Shown here piece by piece: positions 1-9,563 of a stretch of 64,000 nt of DNA. Both the position numbers and the translations under genes were made by a program. The stretch's first letter is position 1, and every line of letters starts with the position of its first letter. Location: the IMG/VR virus record IMGVR_UViG_3300033141_003979, positions 1 to 64,000 of that record. One strand, given 5' to 3'. Under the pieces are notes generated by a model, which did no database searches, was not told the DNA's origin, and saw only the letters and a program-made list of their open reading frames with translations. The DNA comes from a virus.

Positions 1-480
1 GCTATAATTGTCGCTGTAGCAGAGAGCACGCAGAACGAACTCCAATACCGCATCACAGAGCCTGTATCCTTGGCTATGGCGGCAGTATATCCCGAAGACC
101 CATACAAGGCCGTGGCTGAATTCATCCTGCACGGCAGGGGGACAACAGAATGTCACTTAGGATTTGAACGGGGTGGGCATGTCAACACTATGCATGGCAT
201 CGGGGGAGGGGTCGTAGATGTATCAAATTATGCCTATCGGCTGGGATCTCTATCATTGATGAGACCAAAGCCCAGACCGGTCCTCGGCTTAGACGAACCC
301 TTTCGTTTTGTATCGCGTGATAAAATGCATTTAGCTGGCCAGATGCTCAAACAAACGAGCAAGGAACTTGGTTTTCAAATCATTATGATAAGCCACATTG
401 CAGAACTGATTGAGGCAGCAGATAAGGTTTTTGAAGTATCTCTTTGCAAAGGAATAAGCGAAGTAAAAGAAATTTCTTAA
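1..480 (+). CDS. SbcC/Rad50 (gp46-like) ABC-ATPase, C-terminal part; 5' end lies outside the window
   Basis: Frame is open from base 1. Degenerate signature GIGGG, Walker B/D-loop LGLDEPF, H-loop IMISH. Confidence 0.8.
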   Translation, partial: AIIVAVAESTQNELQYRITEPVSLAMAAVYPEDPYKAVAEFILHGRGTTECHLGFERGGHVNTMHGIGGGVVDVSNYAYRLGSLSLMRPKPRPVLGLDEPFRFVSRDKMHLAGQMLKQTSKELGFQIIMISHIAELIEAADKVFEVSLCKGISEVKEIS

Positions 481-507
481 TTTCTCCTAAAAGAAAGAAG
501 AATTAGT

Positions 508-1253
508 ATGAGTAAATTCAAAAGGAAAGATGAAGTCCAATTATGTAAGTGCGGTTGTGGCGAAAGAACAAAGAAAAGCCAGAACTATAAAGGCTATAAT
601 AAATATATCAATGGGCATAACAGCATAGGCAAAAAAAGAGTTCTTACTAAAGAACATCGAAAACAAATATCAATTGCACAAAAGAAAAATTCTTTTTTCC
701 ATATTTATAATAAAACAAAAGAACATAGTAAAAAGGTTTCAGAAAGCAACAGAAAAAGGAAACTGTCAAAGGAAACAAAAAAAAGATTTCAGATTCTATA
801 AAATCATTAGGGGCAAATCACCCATTTAGAAGTGAAAAGTATAGAAAAAAACAATCTGAAAGAATGCTAAATGCAGGAGATTTACATCCTTCAAAAAATT
901 CTGAATTCCAAAAAATGCATTCAGAAAGAATGCTAAATGGTGGTGCTGCTCATGCCAATAGTTTTATAAAATCCCTTTCTAAACCCCAAGTTGAATTATT
1001 TGAACTTGTCAAACAAATTTATCCTAATACCATACTTAATCATCCATCATTAAATCGTTCTATTGACATAGCAATCCTTGATCAAATGATTGCCATTGAA
1101 TACGATGGAAGTCATTGGCATCAAAATAAAGAAGCAGATAAAAAGAGACAATTAGAATTAGAAACAATAGGCTGGAAATTTCTGAGATACTGTGATTATG
1201 TTCCATCAATGACTGAGCTGGAAAAGGATTTGAAATTATATGAACAAACTTAA
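508..1253 (+). pseudogene. NUMOD3/CxCGC-repeat endonuclease with DUF559/Vsr-like nuclease domain, split by a -1 frameshift at an A8 run
   Basis: ORF 508-801 (CKCGCG, NUMOD3-like motifs) joins ORF 864-1253 (DIAI..IAIEYDGSHWH) if one A is added at 777-784, reading KETKKKISDSIKS...SERMLN. Confidence 0.75.
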
Positions 1254-1995
1254 AACTGTAGCCATCATTCAAGCTCGCATGAATAGCACACGTCTTCCAG
1301 GCAAGGCCATATTACCATTAGCTAGAAACCCCGCCCTTCAGCAAATGATAGAACGAGTCCAAAAAGCCCAGGGAGTCGATCAGATCATAGTAGCAACCCC
1401 GTATGATGAAAGTAACAAGCCAATTTGGGATTTATGTAACGATATGAAAATTATACCCTGGACTGGCAGTGAGCACGATGTCCTTTATCGGGTACTTACA
1501 GCTGCTTGGGGCAATCGAGCAGACATCATTATTGACCTCACAGGAGATTGCCCGCTTATAGACCACCGGCATATTACTCGGTTAGTCAAAACTGTCAAAA
1601 ATGGCTTCAAGCCATGGAGACGAACTATTGATTATACCTCCAACATCAGTCCACGATCATGGCCAGATGGATTTGATGTACAGGTTTACAGAACAAAAGC
1701 GCTAGAAAAAGTCAGATTAGAATTCAATCCGCCACATCATGTTGGATGGAATATAGCTCAACTTCCAGAGGTTTTCAGGATTGCCAAAAATCTGACTGCC
1801 CCAGCCTTGATGCACTGGCCCGGCCTACGGCTAACCCTAGATACAAAAGAGGACTATGAAGTGCTCCAGAAAGTATTTGAATATTTTGGGGATAAGGATT
1901 TTACTGTAGAGGAGACCATTAGATTGATGGTAGGAAGACCGGAATGGCAAAAAATCAATAGAAAGGTCAGGACAAAGAGCCCGGAGGAGGGGTAA
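1240..1995 (+). CDS. SpsF/PseF-type sugar cytidylyltransferase (CMP-nonulosonate synthetase family)
   Basis: AIIQARMNSTRLPGK, GSEHDVL, TGDCPLID and RLTLDTKED motifs. Confidence 0.9.
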   Translation: MNKLKTVAIIQARMNSTRLPGKAILPLARNPALQQMIERVQKAQGVDQIIVATPYDESNKPIWDLCNDMKIIPWTGSEHDVLYRVLTAAWGNRADIIIDLTGDCPLIDHRHITRLVKTVKNGFKPWRRTIDYTSNISPRSWPDGFDVQVYRTKALEKVRLEFNPPHHVGWNIAQLPEVFRIAKNLTAPALMHWPGLRLTLDTKEDYEVLQKVFEYFGDKDFTVEETIRLMVGRPEWQKINRKVRTKSPEEG

Positions 1996-2168
1996 TGAAA
2001 AAACTATTAGTGGTGTTTATGGCAGTTTCAATTTTCGCAATAGTATCTTGCAATAGCGGTGGCGGAGGCAGCAGTAGCCCTCCTCCTGATCCTGAGCCAA
2101 TTACTGAAAAACCTTTTATCTGGGGGCAAAGCCATTGGGGTAATGCCGACTGGGAAGTAAAAAAGTAA
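1995..2168 (+). CDS. Small predicted lipoprotein (57 aa), not in the ORF track
   Basis: MKKLLVVFMAVSIFAIVS-C lipobox, Gly/Ser/Pro linker, C-terminal WGQSHWGNADW. TAATG overlap and GGAGG RBS. Confidence 0.65.
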   Translation: MKKLLVVFMAVSIFAIVSCNSGGGGSSSPPPDPEPITEKPFIWGQSHWGNADWEVKK

Positions 2169-2181
2169 AGGAGGAAAGATC

Positions 2182-2883
2182 ATGAAAAAGATCATCACAA
2201 TTTGCATTTTGTCAGTACTGTTTGCATTCAACACATCATTCGCCGAGGAAGGAGTCACAATTCCTTACAGTTTTGAAAATGGAACCATTGCAGATGCCAA
2301 TGAGGTCAATGCCGTTTTCAATGCTCTAGCCAAATCCATCAACCAAAATCTCATAGTCATGTATGATTATGGGGCACCAGAAAACACTACCAGGATATTT
2401 GCACACTCTGCCTCTCCAACAACCTTGACTTCTGTAGCTACTACCCCTGGGATGGAAACATGGGAATATTCTGATGGATCAAAAATAGAGCATTTAAAGA
2501 AAGATCATGTAGACGGCACTCTTGAAACTGGCCGCAGGATATACAACACTTCCGGAGTCCTTGTACAAGACTTAACATATTTTCCTGCAGTAATAGGAGT
2601 AGATTTAGCTGGATTGAAAGAGGCCGGCAAAATTTGGGGTAATGCCTATGTCGCCAAAAAGCCTGACAGTAGTATGTATGGAACGGAAATCAATATGTAT
2701 TCAATTATAGGCATTGAAGATGTAACGGTACCGGCAGGGACTTTTACCAATTGTACTAAGGTATTCCAAACTACTGGTAATTACAAAAACGTTGCTTGGT
2801 ATGCTGAAGGGGTGGGCATGGTCAAACGAATTGGGGTTGAAGGATTGATAGAATTACAAGAAGTTGAGTTAATTACTCCATAA
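2182..2883 (+). CDS. Secreted hypothetical protein
   Basis: Signal peptide ending SFA; EDVTVPAGTF..C motif in the C-terminal half; AGGAGG RBS. Confidence 0.7.
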   Translation: MKKIITICILSVLFAFNTSFAEEGVTIPYSFENGTIADANEVNAVFNALAKSINQNLIVMYDYGAPENTTRIFAHSASPTTLTSVATTPGMETWEYSDGSKIEHLKKDHVDGTLETGRRIYNTSGVLVQDLTYFPAVIGVDLAGLKEAGKIWGNAYVAKKPDSSMYGTEINMYSIIGIEDVTVPAGTFTNCTKVFQTTGNYKNVAWYAEGVGMVKRIGVEGLIELQEVELITP

Positions 2884-3062
2884 GACAAGAAATAGATTTC
2901 CAATGGCAAGACGTTCCCAACCAAAGCAATCTAAACAGCGATCAAAGACAAAGAAGCATCGCAGCCATGTCACAAAAAATCGTGGGAGCAATAAATGGTT
3001 AGAAGCCCGAATCGAGAGAGTGAAAAAATTATTCAAACCGAAGAAATGGGGGTGAAAATAGC

Positions 3063-4058
3063 ATGAGTAAAATCTATTCAGCAGCAGTAATCGGATGTGG
3101 ATCAATAGGGGCATTGAAACCTGGAGATATTGATTTACCTGGTGGAACGAACATACTAACTCACAGTCATGCACTGTGGAGGCACGAAAGAATAGATTTA
3201 GTTGCAGTGTGTGATATAGATCCAGAAAAGACAACCCAAGCAATGAATAAATGGGAATGCGATGCCAGAGCCAATATTAACAATCTATTTTATGCATTTA
3301 ATCCTGACATCGTAGTTATAGCAACCCCAACTGAAACTCATGCCAAAATCTTGATGGAAGTGATTGGCCACAGCCCAAAACTAATCATTGCAGAAAAGCC
3401 ATTTGGTTTAAATTTTGAACAGGCAGTAAAAATGGTCAATATATATTCAGAAATTCCAATTGCTATAGATTACATCCGCCGCTATGCCAATGGATATAAA
3501 GATATCAAAAAACAAATTGATACCGGTATATTTGGCAAAGCATTAAATTGTCGAGTACTTTATACGAGGGGACTTTTTCATGAGGGATGCCACGGCTTAG
3601 ACTTGATGCATTGGTTTTTTGGCAATATAATTGATCAATATGTTGAAGTTAGAGATATTGGTGTGGGAAAAGAACGATACATAGTAGATTTAAATGATGA
3701 CGATCCAACAGTATACGCAAATTTTGAATTCGTAGGTTGTCCAAATGTTGTATTCCACCCCTGCGATGGCCGTTGTTACGGGATCTTTGAAGTTGACATC
3801 TGCTTTGAAAAAGGCCGATTACGGTTTATTGATAACGGCCTCTATGTTGAGAAGTATCCAATCAATGAAGAAAATGAATGGGGTCACAAATCCCTTGGCT
3901 ATGGCTTGACAAGTGTCATCCGGACAGAAACCGGACTGAATACGGCCTTGTATAATCTGGTTGATAATGCTGTGAATTTCCTTGATGAAAAAGAGCCCTT
4001 GATCTGCACGGCTGAAGATGCTCTTGCAGTTCATAGGATATTAGAAGATATTACTTAA
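3063..4058 (+). CDS. Gfo/Idh/MocA family NAD(P)-dependent oxidoreductase
   Basis: VIGCGSIG Rossmann motif, IATPTETH, AEKP, GCHGLD. Confidence 0.9.
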   Translation: MSKIYSAAVIGCGSIGALKPGDIDLPGGTNILTHSHALWRHERIDLVAVCDIDPEKTTQAMNKWECDARANINNLFYAFNPDIVVIATPTETHAKILMEVIGHSPKLIIAEKPFGLNFEQAVKMVNIYSEIPIAIDYIRRYANGYKDIKKQIDTGIFGKALNCRVLYTRGLFHEGCHGLDLMHWFFGNIIDQYVEVRDIGVGKERYIVDLNDDDPTVYANFEFVGCPNVVFHPCDGRCYGIFEVDICFEKGRLRFIDNGLYVEKYPINEENEWGHKSLGYGLTSVIRTETGLNTALYNLVDNAVNFLDEKEPLICTAEDALAVHRILEDIT

Positions 4059-4123
4059 TCAGTTTTGAAACTTCAGGAATTTCTTATAATAAAACATAAT
4101 AAAGGAAATTCAAAGAGGGTAAA

Positions 4124-4353
4124 ATGGCAGAAACTCCATCAAAAAGAAGACGAAAAGGTAGAGAAGCATTTGCTCCAAATTGCGATCCTATGGAGTTTCA
4201 ACCTTATAAAAAAGGAACATGGCTCATGATTATCATTTGCAAGATTGGTTAGATGGATGGCAAGAAGCTAAAGAGTTTTTTTTTGAAAAGGAAGAAAAAG
4301 AAAAAGAATCTGAAACAATTTGTAAACATTGTGGTGCAATTATAAAGGATTAA
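4124..4353 (+). pseudogene. Small hypothetical gene with an apparent 1-nt frameshift
   Basis: MAETPSKRR... stops at 4252. The -1 frame continues HDYHLQDWLDGWQEAK...CKHCGAIIKD* to 4353, next to the following ATG. Confidence 0.45.
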
Positions 4354-4356
4354 TAA

Positions 4357-5661
4357 ATGAGTAAACTAGCCCTATTCGGCGGCCCAAAAGTCAGAGAAGA
4401 TCTTTTCCCATCACAAAATACCTTTGATCATGAAGAGATGCAGGCCGTATGGCGAGTTATGAAAGAAGGTCGCCTATCAGGCTATCGGGGAAGTTGGTGT
4501 CCTGAATTTTTCGGGGGTCCTGAAATTCAGGCTCTCGAAACCGAATGGAAGAAGAAATTCAATGTCAAACATGCCATTGCTGTAAATAGTTGCACAAGTG
4601 GTCTTCATGTTGCCTGTGGAGCAATAGGATTAACTCCAGGAAGTGAAGTCATAGTTACCCCTTATTCAATGACATGTAGTTCTACAGCTCCTATGATATA
4701 CGGCGCTATACCTGTATTTGCTGATATCGACAATTATTGTGCTCTTGATCCAAAATCAATTGAAGAAAGAATAACCCCTAATACAAAAGCTATAATTGTT
4801 GTTAGTTTATTTGGAATGCCTTATAATCCAAAAATAAATAATATAGCAAAAAAACATGGGCTTCTAATAATCGAAGATGCTGCTCAAGCAATTGGGTCAG
4901 GCCTATCTTTGGGATATGATGAAGCAAATGGGGAACATTTCATCCATGCTGGAAATCTTGGTGATATCGGAGTATATTCCTTCAATTTCGGAAAGCATAT
5001 CAATGCCGGAGAAGGTGGAATAGTAGTTACTAACAATGATGATTTGGCTTTTAGAGTTAGGCTATTTGCTAATCATGGCGAGGCAGTAATCAGCGCTATG
5101 AATCCAGAAGAGTCAAGAAATATGATATCTGAAAATATAGTTGGATTTAATATGAGAATGACAGAGTTACAAGCTGCAATTATACGAGTACAATTAAAAA
5201 AGCTTGATGGATTTATTAAAACAAGAAGAGAAAATGTTAATACATTACATAATATATTAGAACAAATACCTGCTATAACTCTGTCCCCGATCAGAGACAA
5301 TTGCACTCATAGTTATTATGTAGATTCGTATTTATGGGATAGCAAACAAGCTAAAAATTTATACAGAGATAAATTTATTGAAGCCGTAAAAGCTGAATTA
5401 ACCCCGCGGGCAGGGAGAGAAGGGGAAGGAGTCCCAATTGGTTGTGGATATATATCTCCGTTATATCTCATGCCATTATTTCAACAACAAAATCCCTTGT
5501 CGCCAAATTATAAAAAAGGTTCATGCCCTAATTGTGAAGATTTATCTTTTAATAAATTATTTTTATCGCTTTTTCATGCACCCCGAAGTACAAAAGATGA
5601 TATGAAAGATGTTGGAAAGGCTTTTCAAAAGGTCTGGGAAAATAGGAAAGAATTAAAATAA
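4357..5661 (+). CDS. DegT/DnrJ/EryC1/StrS PLP-dependent sugar aminotransferase (PseC/LegC-like)
   Basis: AVNSCTSGLH, IIEDAAQAIG, YSFNFGKHINAGEGG (PLP lysine), GFNMRMTELQAA. Confidence 0.93.
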   Translation: MSKLALFGGPKVREDLFPSQNTFDHEEMQAVWRVMKEGRLSGYRGSWCPEFFGGPEIQALETEWKKKFNVKHAIAVNSCTSGLHVACGAIGLTPGSEVIVTPYSMTCSSTAPMIYGAIPVFADIDNYCALDPKSIEERITPNTKAIIVVSLFGMPYNPKINNIAKKHGLLIIEDAAQAIGSGLSLGYDEANGEHFIHAGNLGDIGVYSFNFGKHINAGEGGIVVTNNDDLAFRVRLFANHGEAVISAMNPEESRNMISENIVGFNMRMTELQAAIIRVQLKKLDGFIKTRRENVNTLHNILEQIPAITLSPIRDNCTHSYYVDSYLWDSKQAKNLYRDKFIEAVKAELTPRAGREGEGVPIGCGYISPLYLMPLFQQQNPLSPNYKKGSCPNCEDLSFNKLFLSLFHAPRSTKDDMKDVGKAFQKVWENRKELK

Positions 5662-5665
5662 ATCC

Positions 5666-5694
5666 TTGATTTCTACCTAAAACTACTATATACT
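5666..5694 (+). promoter_or_regulatory. Sigma70-type promoter
   Basis: TTGATT (5666-5671), 17 bp spacer, TATACT (5689-5694). An equivalent promoter lies at 11173. Confidence 0.75.
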
Positions 5695-5700
5695 TATGCT

Positions 5701-5800
5701 AGATAGCAAAACGATAAATTCAAATTTCAAGCCTGAGAATCCTCATATTGCGAAGTATGAGGGCGTTATCGTTAACGCTATCTGTTCTCAGGCTTTTTTA
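5701..5800 (+). ncRNA. C4-antisense-like three-stem structured RNA, copy 1
   Basis: Closing stem 5729-5739/5785-5795, GCGA (GNRA) hairpin 5741-5762, hairpin 5763-5778, then a U-run. The 5' leader 5701-5717 is complementary to 5766-5783. Covaries with copy 2. Confidence 0.75.
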
Positions 5801-5812
5801 TTTGGAGACGAC

Positions 5813-6421
5813 ATGGGTAAGTATAGAATAGGAAAAACTACTCAAATTACAATTTTTTGTTCACAATGTAATAAGCCTAAAAAAATATATCCCTTTTTAC
5901 AAAATCAAAAACATCACTTTTGTAATAAAAAATGTCATATAAAATGGCAAACCAAAAATATGAAAGGTAAATATAGTCCTGCTTGGAAAGGCGGAAATGT
6001 TATAGCTTTTTGTTCATGGTGCAATAAACCAAAAGAAATAAATCTCTATAAAAAATACAATCAAAAATACCATTTCTGTAGTCAAGAATGTAAAAAAATA
6101 TGGATGTCAGGTGAAAATGCCCCTAGTTGGCGCGGTGGGATATCTACTACTCCATATTGTTTTATATGGTCAGATTGGGAATATAAACAATCTATCAAAG
6201 ACAGAGATAATAATGAATGTCAAAACAAAGTTGATTGTCGCAAAAATTCTAATCACCTTCCTTTATGCCTTCATCATATAGATCACAATAAACAAGAATG
6301 TAATCCTTGGGATATTATAACTGTTTGTCATAGTTGCAATGGTAGAGCAAATTTCAACATAGAATACTGGAAAGAATTTTATCAAAATATAATGACTGAA
6401 AAATATGGATATAAATATTAA
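5813..6421 (+). CDS. Free-standing HNH endonuclease with zinc-finger repeats
   Basis: Probable start ATG 5813 behind GGAG. Two C..C/FC...C repeats, WKGG/WRGG motifs, LHHIDHNKQEC...CHSCNGRAN. Confidence 0.85.
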   Translation: MGKYRIGKTTQITIFCSQCNKPKKIYPFLQNQKHHFCNKKCHIKWQTKNMKGKYSPAWKGGNVIAFCSWCNKPKEINLYKKYNQKYHFCSQECKKIWMSGENAPSWRGGISTTPYCFIWSDWEYKQSIKDRDNNECQNKVDCRKNSNHLPLCLHHIDHNKQECNPWDIITVCHSCNGRANFNIEYWKEFYQNIMTEKYGYKY

Positions 6422-6433
6422 AAAGGGAATAAT

Positions 6434-7300
6434 ATGACTATCAAATGGTGTGCTGAAATAGGAAGTAATCATAACCAAAATTTAGATAGAACAATTAAAT
6501 TGATAAAAGAGGCTAAAAAAATAGGCTGTGATTTTGTTAAGTTCCAACTTTTCAAGGGAGAGAATTTATATCACTCATCATTCGGTGCCAAGATCAATCA
6601 AATGCGAAAGTGGGAATTACCAAGCCATTTTCTTCCTGAGATAAGCCGGTGCTGCAAGGTCAATGACATCCGACTTGGCATCTCTGTTTTTGATCTTGAA
6701 GCCGTAGAAATTGCCAGCAAATATGCAGATTGCCTCAAGATCGGTAGTTATGAATTGCTTTGGCATGATTTAATCAAAACAGTTGTCAAAACAGGTAAGC
6801 CATGGATGATATCATCAGGTATGGCCGATTGGGGACAAATATCAAAGGCAATATCTCTTGTAAGACCTTGCAAGTTTGCTCAGGTGCCGATGGCAATCCT
6901 TCATTGCAACTCAAACTATCCAGCGCGCCCACAGAACTGCTGCCTTAATCAAATCTCTCTTTTGAATAAAATCTTTCCAGCAATGAAAATCGGCTGGTCA
7001 GATCACACAACTGAATCCGGAGTAATATATAAAGCCGTAGCTCTTGGGGCAAAATTTATTGAATTCCATTTTGACCTAGAAGATGGCCTTGGTTATGAAT
7101 CATCAATAGGCCATTGTTGGAAACCAGATAAGATCGGAGAAGTAATTCACAATGTAAGGATCGGAGAGATTGAAGAAGAAAGCACAGATACAGGCGAAAG
7201 CGAAGCGGCCAAGTGGAGGACAGACCCAACTGATGGGCTGAGACCATTGAAAAAATTTAGGGAAGAGTTGTTGAAAGATGAGGCAATGGAGGAGATATGA
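6434..7300 (+). CDS. NeuB/PseI family nonulosonic acid synthase; no C-terminal SAF domain seen
   Basis: AEIGSNH, VKFQ, KIGS, HCNSNYPA, GWSDHT, IEFHF. Confidence 0.92.
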   Translation: MTIKWCAEIGSNHNQNLDRTIKLIKEAKKIGCDFVKFQLFKGENLYHSSFGAKINQMRKWELPSHFLPEISRCCKVNDIRLGISVFDLEAVEIASKYADCLKIGSYELLWHDLIKTVVKTGKPWMISSGMADWGQISKAISLVRPCKFAQVPMAILHCNSNYPARPQNCCLNQISLLNKIFPAMKIGWSDHTTESGVIYKAVALGAKFIEFHFDLEDGLGYESSIGHCWKPDKIGEVIHNVRIGEIEEESTDTGESEAAKWRTDPTDGLRPLKKFREELLKDEAMEEI

Positions 7301-7509
7301 AAGGTATACTGATAGGATGCGTAATCGGTGCGATAATGTGGGCTGTTATAATTATGTGTGCTACGAGCCTACAACCTGCCACCATTGCCTTGCCGTATCG
7401 TCAGGAATGGCCTCGGAAACTGATGAGCGTTGACAGTTTGGGCATTAGCTACTGGCAAGCAAGACCGTTGGGGTTGATAATGATGATTGAAAAGGGATGT
7501 CCGAGATGA
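7297..7509 (+). CDS. Small hypothetical membrane protein
   Basis: Hydrophobic N-terminus, ATGA overlap, GGAGG RBS. Confidence 0.55.
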   Translation: MKGILIGCVIGAIMWAVIIMCATSLQPATIALPYRQEWPRKLMSVDSLGISYWQARPLGLIMMIEKGCPR

Positions 7510-7730
7510 CCAGAGGCGAGTGGCGACCAAAGCCAGGGGATGGCATAACAGACTACAACGGAATTAAGGTGGTAGAGGAAGGGATAGGCGAGAAATTGTC
7601 TGATATAGCGCTTAGTGATTACCTAAAGGTGCGAAAGCAAGTAAGACTGCTAGAAGATGAAGTTGAATTATTAAAGGCCCAGAAGCAAGAATTGATTAAT
7701 GAAATATTGAGGTTGAGAAGAGGGATATAA
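7497..7730 (+). CDS. Hypothetical coiled-coil protein
   Basis: Tightly packed ORF with a heptad-rich C-terminus. Confidence 0.55.
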   Translation: MSEMTRGEWRPKPGDGITDYNGIKVVEEGIGEKLSDIALSDYLKVRKQVRLLEDEVELLKAQKQELINEILRLRRGI

Positions 7731-7731
7731 C

Positions 7732-8859
7732 ATGAAACACTCGATAGTTTTCAAGCAGAAGGACATATATGCCAGTTTTCCCCTGCTAGGATATATAGAT
7801 GGCATTCTGACTATCGGCTTCTTCACTGCCCCGCAACCAGATCACATGGGCATCTTTGATTGGAATGTTAGGAGGTCACACGATGAAGGAGAGACATGGG
7901 AATATAGAAAATTTATGGATTTTCCTTATGACTGGCCAGCGGCATCGGCAAGAGAAAGATCAGACAGATTTACAACCACATTACCAGAGGGAACAGAAAT
8001 GATCACGGGCTCAACCGGATTCATCGGCAAAAAGAATATGGAGGACAAGTTTGAAAAAGTCCTCAGATGCAAAGGACTATTCCAGCGGACTTCAACTGAC
8101 AATTGGAAAACAGCAGTACAATGGATATGGGAAATCCCCAATGTTGACATTGTATTAACTTTTCCAAGACATCTACAAATCGATAATTTGATATTCATTC
8201 CCGCTTATGCAGTATTGGAAAATGGATTGAATAGAGCCTTTGTATGGAGATCTTCTAATGGAGGTAAAAACTGGCGACTTCACAATATGTTTCCTGATGA
8301 AATAAATGCAAATGAGATTGCCTTTGTCGAAACCGAAAGAGGCATTCTTGCCCACATCCGCAGCGATACCACCCCTTTCATTATGGAAAGTTGGTCATAC
8401 GATGGGATAACTTGGACGTATCCAACTTATATACATTATGACAAGTATTGCCTGAAAGTAGCTGGTGGGCCATCACATCTATTAAGACTACAGGATGGAA
8501 GAATATTAGATACCTATGGCTATCGTTTTAACAAGATGGGTATAAAAGCTGTCATATCAGAAGATGAGGGAGTTTCATGGATTAGTCCTACTACCCTGCG
8601 GAATGATGGCGGATATTCGAGTAGTCTGCACAAAAGAAGATGGAGAAACAAATTCAAATTGCCTCATGCCGGCAACGACGTCGGCTATCCCACATCAGTA
8701 CAATTAGGGAATGAATCAATCTTGACAGCTTACTACATTACCTGTGAAGACAGGATAACGCACATTGCTACAACAAACTGGGATATTGATGATGAAAATC
8801 AATTAGCGACTCCATCTGGCTCACCTAGCCCATCACCTGAATTTGAGGAGGAGAAATAA
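7732..8859 (+). CDS. Sialidase-like BNR/Asp-box beta-propeller protein
   Basis: Asp-boxes SHDEGETW, STDNWKT, SSNGGKNW, SYDGITW, SEDEGVSW; late GYP motif. Confidence 0.82.
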   Translation: MKHSIVFKQKDIYASFPLLGYIDGILTIGFFTAPQPDHMGIFDWNVRRSHDEGETWEYRKFMDFPYDWPAASARERSDRFTTTLPEGTEMITGSTGFIGKKNMEDKFEKVLRCKGLFQRTSTDNWKTAVQWIWEIPNVDIVLTFPRHLQIDNLIFIPAYAVLENGLNRAFVWRSSNGGKNWRLHNMFPDEINANEIAFVETERGILAHIRSDTTPFIMESWSYDGITWTYPTYIHYDKYCLKVAGGPSHLLRLQDGRILDTYGYRFNKMGIKAVISEDEGVSWISPTTLRNDGGYSSSLHKRRWRNKFKLPHAGNDVGYPTSVQLGNESILTAYYITCEDRITHIATTNWDIDDENQLATPSGSPSPSPEFEEEK

Positions 8860-9563
8860 TGAGTGAATATCGAATATACATGATTGATGGTGATCATCTT
8901 TTAGGGTGGAAAGGAAACAAGTGCAAGAACGTCCTCGAACTTGTGAAGATGTCTATTGAGTTATTGAAAGAAGAAGGATGGAAAATTGAATATAAGGAGC
9001 CAAAGACAGAGAAAGGAGAGAAATATATTACTGATGATGGTGAATGTATGTTTGACGTAGAAGTCGACAGAGTGCCTTGCAATTCTTTTCTTCATGGCAT
9101 CCGCCTTACCCTGACCTATCCGGAGCCGGAGCCAGTAGTGGATAAGTGTACAGCAAATATCGGCACTGATTGTGATATCTGTGATCGTGATAAACCATAT
9201 TGTGCTCACTACAAGATAAAAGAAAGACTTAACAAATCAGTACCCGACCCTCAAGGAGATGAAACCGAAGAAGCAGCAACCAATTATATCATACCTGGGC
9301 ATGTACCCAACCTCGACGAGGCGGAGGTGGGTCAAGACGTTCAAAGGAACAAACTACCACGGTGTCCGACTTGTGGGCAACCTGAAGCTGTAGAAATAGA
9401 CGGAAATGGCGAAATACGCATTATTCGTGACGAGCCGGAGGTGGATGAGTGGGAGAAGCTTAAAGAACTTTGTTCTGACAGTTTAGGAGTTTCTGAAATG
9501 AAGTATTTGCTTCGGGGTCTTGTGAAAGAAATTGACAAACTCAGATGTCCGAAGGGAGGATGA
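8859..9563 (+). CDS. Hypothetical Cys-containing protein
   Basis: Translationally coupled ORF with CDIC and CPTCG motifs. Confidence 0.55.
   Translation: MSEYRIYMIDGDHLLGWKGNKCKNVLELVKMSIELLKEEGWKIEYKEPKTEKGEKYITDDGECMFDVEVDRVPCNSFLHGIRLTLTYPEPEPVVDKCTANIGTDCDICDRDKPYCAHYKIKERLNKSVPDPQGDETEEAATNYIIPGHVPNLDEAEVGQDVQRNKLPRCPTCGQPEAVEIDGNGEIRIIRDEPEVDEWEKLKELCSDSLGVSEMKYLLRGLVKEIDKLRCPKGG

Noticed and set aside
4065-4090. TTGAAA...TATAAT promoter
   Set aside because: Spacer is only 14 bp.
5696-5812. ORF-track N-terminal extensions of the nucleases (also 11173-11322)
   Set aside because: They overlap the promoter and structured RNA; RBS-backed ATGs lie at 5813 and 11323.
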